Positions 10,319-20,635 are shown, counted from the first letter of the stretch. The stretch is DNA of 64,000 nucleotides from an uncultured delta proteobacterium (GCA_963826785.1 CAWGYD010000001.1:704001-768000); one strand, 5' to 3'. The notes: generated from the letters alone by a model not told the origin. Numbers and translations: made by a program.

Positions 10319-11019
10319 TTTGTTCGCCCTCTCTTGAATGTTTTTTTGTGATAATCCATTTCGACTGAGGAGAATAAGATCCCCACTCCTTTTGATTTTC
10401 ATTAAAACATCGTTATAGAAAAAAGACGTTGCATTTTGTTTACGGCGGACACACCCGGTTTCACCTTTTTTCTAAACTATCTTTCTTTGCCGTCACCTCC
10501 ATTCTTTGCTCATCTTTTTGTTTCTTTAAAAATGCACCGCACCCTTGCCGAATTCACTATTTTGAAAATCTTTAAACGGCTTAAAATGATCGACGCTAAG
10601 AATCCGTAATGCCCAAGCCCACTCTTGTTGGGCAGACGCAGCTTCGTTGCGGAAAAACCATGAAGAGCGCTTCCCGGATTTTTCAATGGCCTGCCGTTTA
10701 ATGAACAGCGGAGAACCGCCCGGGTGGACAACGGGCGGGTAAGAATTCCTGAGGGAATAGAAAGACCGGGGTGGTTGAATGGACAAACGAATCCTGTCTT
10801 GTCGGATAGAAAATCGTACACGAGAATGCTGGACATGTTCTGCTGTGAACATTGATCACGAATCAAATTTCAGATCAGCATAAAAAAAGCATTATCTCTT
10901 TATGATCGGGATTTAGCTTCGTGAACTATTATATAACACGAAAAATTTAAAAGTGCAATTTTTTTGAGCGGCACATCAGTGCATTGAAAAAGGATAAGAA
11001 CCGCCGACGATTTGAAAAA

Positions 11020-13584
11020 TCACCTGCGCCGCTTTCTTCGGGAGATGCCGGAAATCAGGTCCCCCAGGTCCACCAGGATCGGGGGGAGGGCCAGGCTGCC
11101 GGGAGAGGCGAGATACTTGTCGAACCAAACCGGGGAGAACCGGTTTTTATAATGCCGCACCTCCGAAAAGGATGAAAAATGTTCGCCCAGCCGGACCGCG
11201 GAGACCCCCGCCCGCTGCCACAAGGGGTCGAGCACTTTGCCCTGAGCGCCGGCAGCCGGTGTCATTCCGAGGCTGAACCATCCATATCCCATCCGCCGGG
11301 ACCATAAGATAGCGGAGATCAGCATGAAATCAAGCATGCCGTCGGGCGCTTCGGATAGATATCGGACCAGGTCGATGGACATTTCTTCATTGCCGGTGCC
11401 CTGCCACAGATTGGCAAAGGCCACCGGCTTATCACCAGAGCGGACCAGTGCGATGGGAAACGGCGTCAGATCGTCCGGTGTGGATGATCCCCTGGAAAAC
11501 CGGGATTCCCGCTGCGGCCCGGATTCGAACCAGGCGTCCGATATGGGGCGCAGGATCGAAAGCAGGTCTTTGGTCTGTTCCGGCGGAAAAACTTCAAACG
11601 AATAGCCCATCGCCTTGATGCTTTCGTAGGATTCCCGCAGCGGTTTTTTGGCATCGCCCGCCAGGGAGAAGTCGGAAAGCCGGACCCGGGCCTCATGCCC
11701 CAGCTTGACCAGTGAAAGCCCCAGATCCAGATAGATGGGGAGGCAGGCGGTATCGGCCATGTAAAAGACCGGCCAGCCGTCGGTCTGCCCCGAAGCCTCA
11801 CTGAAGTGTCTGGCCAGGCCGATTTTTTCCTTCATCGGACCCACCGGATCACCCATGGCGATCCAGCTTCTTCCCTGGACGGCATACATGATGAAAGCGG
11901 AAACGGCCTCGTTCACCATAAAACGCGCACTACCGGTCAGGGCGAGGTTGGCATAGGTCGTGGGCGAGCTGCTGACAATGGGGGCAATCACGGACCGGTC
12001 GTCGGTCTCTGTAAAAGTCGGCCGGGGTGCGGCCGGGCGGCGGAAGCGCAGCACCGAGATGACCACTGTCAGGATAAGCACCGCCACCGTGGTGCGCATG
12101 AACCGGGGGGCATTGGCCCCAAAGGAGAAGTCCCACCACAGGGCATTGGTATAGTCGACGTTCTTGTAGGTAAACAGCCCCAGCCAGACCGAACCGATCA
12201 GCACGATCAGGATCGTGGCAATCCACCCGGCGTTGACATTCAAGTGTCTCAGGGGGGCCTTTCGGGAAAACTGGCCCCAGCCGGGAATCAGGGCCACCAG
12301 GATGATGGCCAGCAGAATGGCCTCCACATAATCGAGGCCTTTGAGCAGGGAGGCGGCAATTCCCGCCATAAGGGTCAGCACGGACAGCAGATAGGCGGCC
12401 CCGATCTGAAGCTGCAGCCCCCGGGCGAGCAGGAGAAGGCTCAGCCCGGCAATGCCGGCGGCCAGGTGTGAAAGTTCGATCACCGGCAGGGGGAGCAGTT
12501 TCTCCAGCACCTGCATTCTTCCCGGAACGGGGGGGATGGCCGAAGACAGCAGCAGGATGACACCGCCCATGAAGACGGCGTAACTCATCAGGGTTGAGAC
12601 GGAAGCGGCAATCCATTGATTGTAGAACTCTTCCGCAAACCGGCCCAGCAGGTTTCTTTTGGCCAGTATTTCTTCGGCGCCCAGCAGGATGGTGGCGGCC
12701 ACCAGGGGGATCAGGTAGTAAATGGCCCGATAGGCCAGCAGGGAGATGATCAGCTCGTCGGGGGACACATAGGGGCGGAGCAGGAGCATCATCAGGGTTT
12801 CAAAAACCCCCAGCCCGCCGGGAATCTGGCTGGCGAACCCGGCCAGTTGGGCCAGAAGGAAGATCCCGATGAATTCGGGATAGGAAATACCGGCAGAGGC
12901 GGGGAGCAACACATAGAGAATGCCGGCACCGATCGCCCAGTCCACCACCGAAAGCGCGATCTGCAGCGAAAAGAGCCGGGGCCCGGGAATTTCGATCTCC
13001 CAGTCCCGGATGGTGACCGGTCGGGTCCTGAGCAGCGTCAATGCGTAGGCCGCCCCCACCAGACCCAGCAGAAACAGGCCCACGGGAAAGGTGGAGGCGA
13101 CGGGAAGATAAAAGCCCGTGGGAAGTGCAACCGGCCGGATCACAAACACCAGTCCGGACAGGGAGAGGAACCCGACCCACACCGTGATGGTGCAGAACCC
13201 GATGACCTTTGCGATGTCAAACGCCGACAGACCCCATCCCGAGTAGAGCCGGAAGCGCACCGAGGCCCCGGCGATCATGGAAAAGCCGATGTTGTTGGAA
13301 AAGGCGTATCCGATAAACGAGGCGGCCTGGATTTTGCGGTAGGGCAGGGGCATCCGGATGAATCTCAAGGCCAGAAAGTCGTATCCGGTCATGATCAGGT
13401 AATTGACCATAGTAATCACCAGCGCGGCGGAGAATTTCCAGTAGGAGAGGGTCCGCCAGTTGGTCAGCAGGGTCTTGAACTGGTACTGGTGCAGTTCCCG
13501 GCGGAGCACGTAAAGTGCGGCGGTGAACAGGAAGAGCCCCACGATCGGGCCGATCAGCTGTTTACCGAGGTGCTTGATATTCAA
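11020..13584 (-). CDS. mprF: Bifunctional aminoacyl-phosphatidylglycerol flippase/synthetase MprF
   Basis: About 14 TM with RFRLYSGWG, PGGLGVFE, YRAIYYLIP; cytoplasmic domain with WIAMGDPVG, KLGHEARV, SIDLVRY. Confidence 0.9.
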   Translation of the reverse strand: MNIKHLGKQLIGPIVGLFLFTAALYVLRRELHQYQFKTLLTNWRTLSYWKFSAALVITMVNYLIMTGYDFLALRFIRMPLPYRKIQAASFIGYAFSNNIGFSMIAGASVRFRLYSGWGLSAFDIAKVIGFCTITVWVGFLSLSGLVFVIRPVALPTGFYLPVASTFPVGLFLLGLVGAAYALTLLRTRPVTIRDWEIEIPGPRLFSLQIALSVVDWAIGAGILYVLLPASAGISYPEFIGIFLLAQLAGFASQIPGGLGVFETLMMLLLRPYVSPDELIISLLAYRAIYYLIPLVAATILLGAEEILAKRNLLGRFAEEFYNQWIAASVSTLMSYAVFMGGVILLLSSAIPPVPGRMQVLEKLLPLPVIELSHLAAGIAGLSLLLLARGLQLQIGAAYLLSVLTLMAGIAASLLKGLDYVEAILLAIILVALIPGWGQFSRKAPLRHLNVNAGWIATILIVLIGSVWLGLFTYKNVDYTNALWWDFSFGANAPRFMRTTVAVLILTVVISVLRFRRPAAPRPTFTETDDRSVIAPIVSSSPTTYANLALTGSARFMVNEAVSAFIMYAVQGRSWIAMGDPVGPMKEKIGLARHFSEASGQTDGWPVFYMADTACLPIYLDLGLSLVKLGHEARVRLSDFSLAGDAKKPLRESYESIKAMGYSFEVFPPEQTKDLLSILRPISDAWFESGPQRESRFSRGSSTPDDLTPFPIALVRSGDKPVAFANLWQGTGNEEMSIDLVRYLSEAPDGMLDFMLISAILWSRRMGYGWFSLGMTPAAGAQGKVLDPLWQRAGVSAVRLGEHFSSFSEVRHYKNRFSPVWFDKYLASPGSLALPPILVDLGDLISGISRRKRRR

Positions 13585-13621
13585 GGGCGATCCCCCGAAA
13601 TGGATTTCAGACGGCTATGGT

Positions 13622-14659
13622 TTATGCCAGGTGCGCGCCGATTTTTTGTTGGGCCGATCCGGCTTCATCGATGATGCGGGTGATGAGTTCGGCCACGCCG
13701 GGCGTGTCGTGAACGATTCCGGTCACCTGTCCCAGCAGGAGCACGCCCTGTTTTACATTCCCCTCTTCCAGGCAGCGCTGGACCGGGCGGTAGGCATTGG
13801 CCATGCGCGCCAACTGCTTGGATCGCTTCCAGCCGGACAGCAGGATGGCAGCAGCCATTTTCCACCAGGGAAATCCGAAAGCCGCAGCCGCTTCCCGGGA
13901 CGTAAACAGAGCCCGAAACAGGTAAAACCGGTCCCGGATCAGCCGGTCGGCTCCCTTCGATATCATAATTCGGCAGGGAAGCCCGTCAAATTTATCCGTA
14001 TACAAGGTATGATGGGCGGTTCTTTCCACGCTGAACTGTTTGGCTGCCGCGTGCACCGGGCTTTCCGCGGTATTCATGAACCGGGTGCCCATGGCGATCC
14101 CTTCGGCGCCCAGGGCCAATGCCGCCGCCAGCCCCCGGCCGTCCCCGAAACCGCCTGCGGCGATCACCGGGATATCAACGGCATCGGCAATGCTGGGGAC
14201 CAAAACCAGAGAGGTGACCTCTCCGCCATGGGCGGCGGCTTCATGCCCGGTGACGATCAGGGCGTCGGCGCCGTCCCGGCTTGCGGCCAGGGCATGTTTG
14301 AGGGTCACCACCGTAGCGATCACTTTTCCGCCGTAGGCATGGACCGCCCTGGCGATCCGGTCCCCTTTCCCTAAAGCGTAATTGACCACCGGCACTTTTT
14401 TTTCAAACAGGATTTCGGCTTTTTTTTCCGCACCCGGCAGCAGAAGCGGCACGTTGGCGCCAAAAGGCCTGTCGGTCAGGGACCGAACCCGGTCGATGGC
14501 CGTTGCGGTCTGGTCAAAATTCAGATTGGCCGTGGCCACGATCCCCAGTCCCCCGGCATTGGAGACCGCAGCCGCCAGTTCCGGCGTACTCACGCCGGTC
14601 ATGCCCGAGCAGATGAGGGGATATCGAATATTGAATAATTCGGTGATGCGGGTCTTCAT
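13622..14659 (-). CDS. Nitronate monooxygenase / FabK-like FMN oxidoreductase
   Basis: MKTRITELFNIRYP, GHEAAAHGG, PVIAAGGFGDGRG, MGTRF; GGAGG RBS. Confidence 0.9.
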   Translation of the reverse strand: MKTRITELFNIRYPLICSGMTGVSTPELAAAVSNAGGLGIVATANLNFDQTATAIDRVRSLTDRPFGANVPLLLPGAEKKAEILFEKKVPVVNYALGKGDRIARAVHAYGGKVIATVVTLKHALAASRDGADALIVTGHEAAAHGGEVTSLVLVPSIADAVDIPVIAAGGFGDGRGLAAALALGAEGIAMGTRFMNTAESPVHAAAKQFSVERTAHHTLYTDKFDGLPCRIMISKGADRLIRDRFYLFRALFTSREAAAAFGFPWWKMAAAILLSGWKRSKQLARMANAYRPVQRCLEEGNVKQGVLLLGQVTGIVHDTPGVAELITRIIDEAGSAQQKIGAHLA

Positions 14660-14791
14660 CTTCGCCTCCGGATGCGTTTGAGTTGCCCTCCTGTATACCA
14701 TACATGCATGTGGATGTTCATTATCTTTTTATGATATAACCATCGACACTTGGACGCCAGATCACTATAGTTAATTTCTGGGAGTATTCAT

Positions 14792-15772
14792 ATGAAAGCC
14801 GCATATTTTAAAAACAGGCAGATTTCGATTGTAGACGTCCCCGTGCCATTGGTTTCGGATTCAGATGCGCTGGTCCAGGTCGCGCTGGCCGGGATCTGTT
14901 CCACTGATATCGAACTGCTTCAGGGGTATTCCGGGTTCGAGGGAATTCCCGGTCATGAATTTGTCGGTGTGGTCCGCGAGTCTCCGGGGTCTGTTGACCT
15001 GGTGGGCAGGCGGGTGACGGCAGACATCAATGTCGGCTGCGGCCAGTGCGGCGCCTGCCGGGCAAATCATCCATATCACTGCCCGTATCGGCGCGTGATC
15101 GGCATCCGCGGCATCGAGGGCGCTTTTGCACAATATCTGTTAGTCCCGGCGGCCAACCTGCATGAAGTCCCTGACGAAGTCGACTCCATCGAGGCGGTCT
15201 TTTCAGAACCGCTGGCCGCGGCCCTCAGGATTGCCGATCAGGTCCACATCCGGAGCCATGATCGGGTGGCCATCCTGGGCGACGGGAAAATGGGGCTTCT
15301 TACCGCCCTGGCATTGAAGCATTATGGCGCCCAGATCGTTTTGATCGGAAAATATCCGGAGAAGCTCGCCATCGCACAGAATCAGGGGATCGCCGTCTTT
15401 AAGGTGGATCCGGCGCTCCTGTTTTCCGATACCGTGGCGGCACTTGAAAAATTTGATATCGTGGTGGAGGCGACGGGCAGCCCGGCGGGCATCAATCATG
15501 CCCTGCACCTTGTCCGCCCCCAGGGCACCGTGATTCTCAAGACCACATCCCATGAACCGTCAAATGTGAATGTTGCCGATGCGGTGGTCAATGAACTGAC
15601 CCTGCTGGGTTCCCGGTGCGGAAACATCGGTTTTGCCCTGCAATTCTTGAAACAAAAACGGATTGACGTGCTGCCGCTGGTGGAGTCCGTTTATCCTTTT
15701 TCCGATTTCATCGATGCGTTCAACCATGCCCGGGAAAAGGGGAGCCGGAAAGTGCTGGTGGCCTTTGAATGA
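14792..15772 (+). CDS. Zinc-dependent alcohol dehydrogenase (MDR family)
   Basis: GICSTD, GHEFVG, CGQCGAC...C structural Zn site, GDGKMG. Confidence 0.92.
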   Translation: MKAAYFKNRQISIVDVPVPLVSDSDALVQVALAGICSTDIELLQGYSGFEGIPGHEFVGVVRESPGSVDLVGRRVTADINVGCGQCGACRANHPYHCPYRRVIGIRGIEGAFAQYLLVPAANLHEVPDEVDSIEAVFSEPLAAALRIADQVHIRSHDRVAILGDGKMGLLTALALKHYGAQIVLIGKYPEKLAIAQNQGIAVFKVDPALLFSDTVAALEKFDIVVEATGSPAGINHALHLVRPQGTVILKTTSHEPSNVNVADAVVNELTLLGSRCGNIGFALQFLKQKRIDVLPLVESVYPFSDFIDAFNHAREKGSRKVLVAFE

Positions 15773-15911
15773 AAACGGGACAACAATGCATTTTCAACAT
15801 TTTTCACGCCGGGATAAGTGGGCGCGATTTGACATTTCCTGTGATAAAATCTTGTTTGAACTATTATTGCGCGTTTTCCGTTTATCCCGGAAAACCCTGA
15901 AGGGAGTTCCC

Positions 15912-16370
15912 ATGATAAGAGATTTACGGGTGGCCACCTGTGTCGGCATTTTCGTGTTGGGTTTCGGCTGCAGTGCCGGCGACACCGGCATCCAGGGTGG
16001 CACGCTCAAACCCTGCCCGGACTCGCCCAACTGCGTTTCGTCATACGCCACTGACAAGAAGCATGCGATTTCCCCCATCGAGTATGCCACCTCGCGTCAA
16101 ACCGCCAGCGCGGCCCTTATATCGGTGCTCGACGGCATGAAGCGGTGCCGGGTGATCGCCCGGGACGACCGGTATGTTCATGCGGAATTTCGCTCCCGCC
16201 TGTTCCGGTTTGTCGATGATGTGGAATTTTACTTTGATGAAAACAAGCCGGTGATTCAGGTGCGCTCCGCCTCCCGGGTGGGCTATTCGGATTTCGGGGT
16301 CAACCGCAAGCGGATCGAAACCATCCGCAACCGGTTCTATGATGAAATTCTTCATATGCACGAGAAATAA
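15912..16370 (+). CDS. DUF1499 domain protein, probably exported
   Basis: LKPCPDSPNCVSS, FRFVDDVEF, RSASRVGYSDFGVNRKR. Confidence 0.9.
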   Translation: MIRDLRVATCVGIFVLGFGCSAGDTGIQGGTLKPCPDSPNCVSSYATDKKHAISPIEYATSRQTASAALISVLDGMKRCRVIARDDRYVHAEFRSRLFRFVDDVEFYFDENKPVIQVRSASRVGYSDFGVNRKRIETIRNRFYDEILHMHEK

Positions 16371-16388
16371 CGGGAGACCAGCGGCAAA

Positions 16389-16808
16389 ATGAAAGATGAA
16401 ACCCCCTTCAAGGGGCTGGGCCGATACGTCCGGAAGAGAAATGCCGGCCTGGCATTGGAGCCGGGCGCCGGGCCGGGACCGGCAAGGGACTATGTCCATC
16501 CGGAATTAAATCAGCCGGTGACGGCCATCGGCGGTCAGTATTTGCTTTTAAGCGAAAAGCGGATGGCCTATGGGGACAGGGAGGTGTTTTACCTGATGGG
16601 AACGGCCGTCATCGACACCTCCTGCTGCGGCGCCGGCGGCTGTTTCTATGCCCTGGTGCCGGGATTCATCGACCAGTGGAAATACCGGGCCGACCCGGCC
16701 GGCCGGCCGGTCTCCCGGGTCATTCCCATTGAAAACCCCCGGGTGAGGGAAGAAATTACATCCCGGATCTCCAGGATTGAAACCGTTCATCAGTTCAATT
16801 TTCTGTAA
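16389..16808 (+). CDS. Hypothetical protein with SCCG...C motif; start uncertain
   Basis: Coding-like ORF following DUF1499 gene; IDTSCCGAGGC. Confidence 0.7.
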   Translation: MKDETPFKGLGRYVRKRNAGLALEPGAGPGPARDYVHPELNQPVTAIGGQYLLLSEKRMAYGDREVFYLMGTAVIDTSCCGAGGCFYALVPGFIDQWKYRADPAGRPVSRVIPIENPRVREEITSRISRIETVHQFNFL

Positions 16809-17040
16809 AACCCGTCTCCAAACCCTCTCCTTCCCGGCCGTGTAAAATGCTTTTTGCGCTTCCAGCAAATTCGTCATCTTCGCTTTTCTTACCGGTGTTT
16901 TGCCGAATCCAGATCATATGGTCGGCATGAAAAATTGATTCCGCCCTTTTGGATTTTGTCTTGCCAATTCTCATGCAGTGACATATATGCTCATCTTTCT
17001 ATGATCCGTTCCATAACGTCGGGAAAAAGGAAAATGAGCG

Positions 17041-17727
17041 ATGCAGTTGAGCGTCCGGGATGCCGCAAGAATCCTCAATGTTTCGGATAAAACCATCTAC
17101 CGGTGGATTCAGCAGGGCCGCCTCCCCGCCTACAAAATAAACGAACAGATCCGGTTTAACAAGACGGAACTGCTCGAATGGGCCATGGCCCGGAAGATCA
17201 ATGTCCCGGTGGGCATTTTCGACGGGGAGGCCGCTGCCGACGCGCCCCTGCCGGCCCTTGGCGACGCCTTGCGGTCCGGCGGCATCTTCTACCGGATCGA
17301 CGGGCACGATGTCGCCTCGGTGCTCAAATCGGTAGTCGCCCTCATGCCGCTGCCGCCCATCGCCGACCGCGATTTCCTCTACCAGGTGCTCCTGGCCCGG
17401 GAATCCCTGGGTTCCACCGGCATCGGGGGCGGGATCTCGATTCCCCATGCCCGCAATCCCATTGTCATGCATGTGGATCACCCCATGATCACGCTGTGTT
17501 TCCTGGAAGACCCGGTCGATTTCAACGCCATCGACGGCCGGCCGGTTCATACCCTCTTTGTCATGGTCAGCCCGATTTTAAGGGCGCATCTTCATCTGAT
17601 CTCCCGGGTGGCTTTTGCCCTCAAGCAGGACGCCTTCATGGAGGCGATCATAGAGCAGAAAAGCCGGGAAGATATCTACAGGGCCGCAGCCGGAGTCGAT
17701 TCGATGCTTGCGGTGGAACGAAAATGA
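17041..17727 (+). CDS. Excisionase-type HTH fused to PTS EIIA (fructose/Ntr type)
   Basis: LSVRDAARILNVSDKTIYRWIQQGRLPA HTH; RESLGSTGIGGGISIPHAR phospho-His motif. Confidence 0.92.
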   Translation: MQLSVRDAARILNVSDKTIYRWIQQGRLPAYKINEQIRFNKTELLEWAMARKINVPVGIFDGEAAADAPLPALGDALRSGGIFYRIDGHDVASVLKSVVALMPLPPIADRDFLYQVLLARESLGSTGIGGGISIPHARNPIVMHVDHPMITLCFLEDPVDFNAIDGRPVHTLFVMVSPILRAHLHLISRVAFALKQDAFMEAIIEQKSREDIYRAAAGVDSMLAVERK

Positions 17728-19724
17728 GGGAGCGGCTGTTTCTGTTTTCTCTCGGGCTGTTTTTGCTGACCGGGATTGTTTCCCTTGCCGGAAGCAAAAT
17801 GAACCCGGCCATCGGCCGCTGGGTCCGGACGATCCTGGGGAGCGCCGCGGCAATCATCGGGATGGTCCCGGCCTTAAATGTTCTTTTGGGGGGATCGCCG
17901 ATAGATATTCGTTTTGCCTGGAATCTCCCCATCGGCTCCTTTCATCTCCGCATGGATCTTCTTTCCGCCTGGTTTGTGGTGGCCGTGCTGTTCATCACCG
18001 CATTGGCCGCTATTTACGGCACCGGGTATATGCAGGGGCGGGAATCGCGCAGGGGGTTCGGGTTCAACGGGTTTTGCTACCAGATGCTGGCCATCGGAAT
18101 GGTGCTGACGCTCACCGCGTTTGACGGCGTTCTCTTCCTGCTTTCCTGGGAAATCATGTCCATGGCGGCCTGGTTCCTGGTGATGTTCGAGCATGAAAAG
18201 GCGCCGGTGCGGCAGGCCGGGTGGATCTACCTGGCCGCCACCCATTTGGGCACCGCTTTCCTGTTCGCGATGTTTTTGATCTTCAACAGCGGGTCGGGAT
18301 CATTTGATTTTTCGGCCATTTCCGGAACTGCGGTTTCCGCCGACCTGATCTTTTCCCTGGCCCTGGTGGGTTTCGGCACGAAGGCGGGTTTCTTCGGCCT
18401 CCATGTCTGGCTTCCCGAGGCCCACCCCGCAGCGCCCTCACACGTGTCGGCCCTGATGAGCGGCGTGATGATCAAGACCGGAATCTACGGACTGATCCGG
18501 GTGATGACCTTTTTTTCCGCCTGGCCCGAATGGTGGGGATGGATGCTGGTGGCTGCGGGGATCGTATCCGGCCTGGGCGGCGTTCTCTATGCCCTGGTGC
18601 AGCATGACCTCAAACGCCTTCTTGCCTATCACAGCGTGGAAAACATCGGGATTATCGCCATGGGGCTGGGGATCGGGGCCATCGGGGTCAGCCGGGGCCT
18701 GTACTGGCTGGCGGTGCCGGCCCTGGCCGGCGCCCTGCTTCATGTGTGGAACCATGCGATCTTCAAATCGGCGCTCTTCATGGGGGCCGGTGCGGTGGTC
18801 CATGCCGCCGGCACCCGGGAAATCGACCGCCTGGGGGGACTGGGTAAACGGATGCCACTCACCTCGCTGGTCTTTCTGGTTTCCGCAGCCGCCATCTGCG
18901 GCCTCCCGCCGTTAAACGGCTTTGTCAGTGAGCTGCTGATCTATCTGGCGGCATTCGGCGCAATTTCCCAGGCCGGAGGATCTCCTGGCCGGATGGTCCT
19001 TGGCGGTTTTGCCGTGATTGCGGCCCTGGCCCTGATCGGCGGACTGGCGGCCGCCTGCTTTACCAAGGTCTACGGGGTGGTTTTTCTCGGGGAACCGCGG
19101 CATGCCGGCAAAAAACCGATACACGAAGCACGATGGCGCATGATCGGGCCCATGCTGATTCTGGCCGGCGCATGCGTTGCCGTCGGGATGGGTGGTTTTT
19201 TCATCGTCGGCAAGATGGGGCCGGTGGTGGCGGCGGTTTCCCCCGCCGGTTTTACCGGGACCCTGCCGGCCGTTCCGCTGGGCCGGGCATCGGCGATCCT
19301 GGCACGGGTCACTCTGGCCGCAGGGGCGCTGCTGCTCATCGGTATTCTCCTGACCCTGCTTCGAAAAAAATTGCTGTCCGGCCGGTCCCGGGTGTCCGCC
19401 CCCACCTGGGGATGCGGCTACACCCGGCCGACCCCCCGGATGCAGTATACCGGGGCGTCATTTGTCCAGCCCCTGATGTCGGCCTTTGCCTTCATGTTCC
19501 CGGGTAGACACGCGCAGGTGCCGGTTGCGGGGTACTTCCCGGAGGGGGGCGCCCTTTCAACCCATACGGATGATCCGCTCATGAAGTGCGTATACGGCCC
19601 GCTTTTCATAAAAGTGGCGGTCGTTTTTTCGAAGTTCAGGCGCATCCAGCACGGCCGCCTCCACCTTTACCTGCTTCAGATGATCATCACCCTCGCGGCC
19701 ATCATCTGCTGGAGTTTCCTATGA
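17724..19724 (+). CDS. hyfB: HyfB/NuoL-like antiporter-type membrane subunit of an Ehr complex
   Basis: GFGTKAG, HVWLPEAHPAAPSHVSALMSG, DLKRLLAYHSVENIG, GLPPLNGFVSE; ATG overlaps upstream TGA. Confidence 0.9.
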   Translation: MRERLFLFSLGLFLLTGIVSLAGSKMNPAIGRWVRTILGSAAAIIGMVPALNVLLGGSPIDIRFAWNLPIGSFHLRMDLLSAWFVVAVLFITALAAIYGTGYMQGRESRRGFGFNGFCYQMLAIGMVLTLTAFDGVLFLLSWEIMSMAAWFLVMFEHEKAPVRQAGWIYLAATHLGTAFLFAMFLIFNSGSGSFDFSAISGTAVSADLIFSLALVGFGTKAGFFGLHVWLPEAHPAAPSHVSALMSGVMIKTGIYGLIRVMTFFSAWPEWWGWMLVAAGIVSGLGGVLYALVQHDLKRLLAYHSVENIGIIAMGLGIGAIGVSRGLYWLAVPALAGALLHVWNHAIFKSALFMGAGAVVHAAGTREIDRLGGLGKRMPLTSLVFLVSAAAICGLPPLNGFVSELLIYLAAFGAISQAGGSPGRMVLGGFAVIAALALIGGLAAACFTKVYGVVFLGEPRHAGKKPIHEARWRMIGPMLILAGACVAVGMGGFFIVGKMGPVVAAVSPAGFTGTLPAVPLGRASAILARVTLAAGALLLIGILLTLLRKKLLSGRSRVSAPTWGCGYTRPTPRMQYTGASFVQPLMSAFAFMFPGRHAQVPVAGYFPEGGALSTHTDDPLMKCVYGPLFIKVAVVFSKFRRIQHGRLHLYLLQMIITLAAIICWSFL

Positions 19725-20635
19725 CGGAAAACACGATCATCCCGCCCGTTCTTGCCCTTCTTTTCGCCCCGCTCATGCGCTCGGTGATCAACCGGACCAA
19801 GGCGGTTTTTTCCGGAAAAGCCGGGCCGCCCATGCTGCAGCCCTACTATGAACTGGCCAAGCTTTTCCGGAAAGGGGCCGTCTACAGCAGCGTTTCCGGA
19901 TGGGCGATCCGCACCGGCCCGATCGTTTACCTGGCCGCCATCCTGGTGGCGCTTTTTCTGGTCCCCATCGGCGGGGCGGGTGCCCCGGTCCGTTTTTCCG
20001 GGGATATGATCCTGTTCGTCTATCTTTTGGGGCTGGGGCGGTTTTTCATGATCGTTTCGGCCATGGATGCCGGTTCCAGTTTCGAGGGGATGGGCGCCAG
20101 CCGGGAAGCCTTTTACTCTGCCCTGGCCGAACCGTCCCTCCTGGTCGGACTCGGCGGACTGGCCGCCATCACCGGCGCCATTTCCCTGACCCCGATCTAT
20201 GCCGGAATCAACCACAAGGTCATGTCCGGCGGATTCGCCCCCGCGCTGGTCTTTATCGCCCTGGCCTTCCTGATCGTCTTTCTGACCGAAAACGCCCGGA
20301 TACCCGTGGATGACCCCACCACCCACCTGGAACTGACCATGATCCATGAGGTCATGATCCTGGATCATTGCGGCATCGATCTTGCGATGATGGAATATGC
20401 GGGATCGCTGAAGCTCTGGGTGTTCGGGCTCCTGATCACCGGGATTCTTCTGCCGGTCCGCACCGGTGCTCCCCTGGTCGACGCCGGTGCCGGAATTTCC
20501 GGCCTGTTTGTTCTGGCCGTGATCATCGGCATCATCGAATCGTCCATGGCCCGGCTGAAGCTGGTCCGCATCCCCCTGCTGCTGGCCTGCGCCTTCGTCC
20601 TGTCCGCGTCTGGGATCATCTGGATCGTGAGGTAA
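19721..20635 (+). CDS. hyfC: HyfC/HycD/NuoH-like membrane subunit
   Basis: GPPMLQPYYELAKL, GSSFEGMGASRE, ENARIPVDDPTTHLELTMIHE. Confidence 0.9.
   Translation: MTENTIIPPVLALLFAPLMRSVINRTKAVFSGKAGPPMLQPYYELAKLFRKGAVYSSVSGWAIRTGPIVYLAAILVALFLVPIGGAGAPVRFSGDMILFVYLLGLGRFFMIVSAMDAGSSFEGMGASREAFYSALAEPSLLVGLGGLAAITGAISLTPIYAGINHKVMSGGFAPALVFIALAFLIVFLTENARIPVDDPTTHLELTMIHEVMILDHCGIDLAMMEYAGSLKLWVFGLLITGILLPVRTGAPLVDAGAGISGLFVLAVIIGIIESSMARLKLVRIPLLLACAFVLSASGIIWIVR

Noticed and set aside
10968..10984. Sigma54 promoter-like CGGCAC...TGCA
   Set aside because: GG-to-GC spacing is 9 nt rather than the required 10, and it points into the 3' end of mprF
17178..17723. N-terminal extensions in the ORF track for hyfB, hyfC, hyfE, the Ehr large subunit, DUF1499 and the LolB-like gene
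   Set aside because: They overlap upstream genes; downstream starts with an RBS or coupled stop-start fit better
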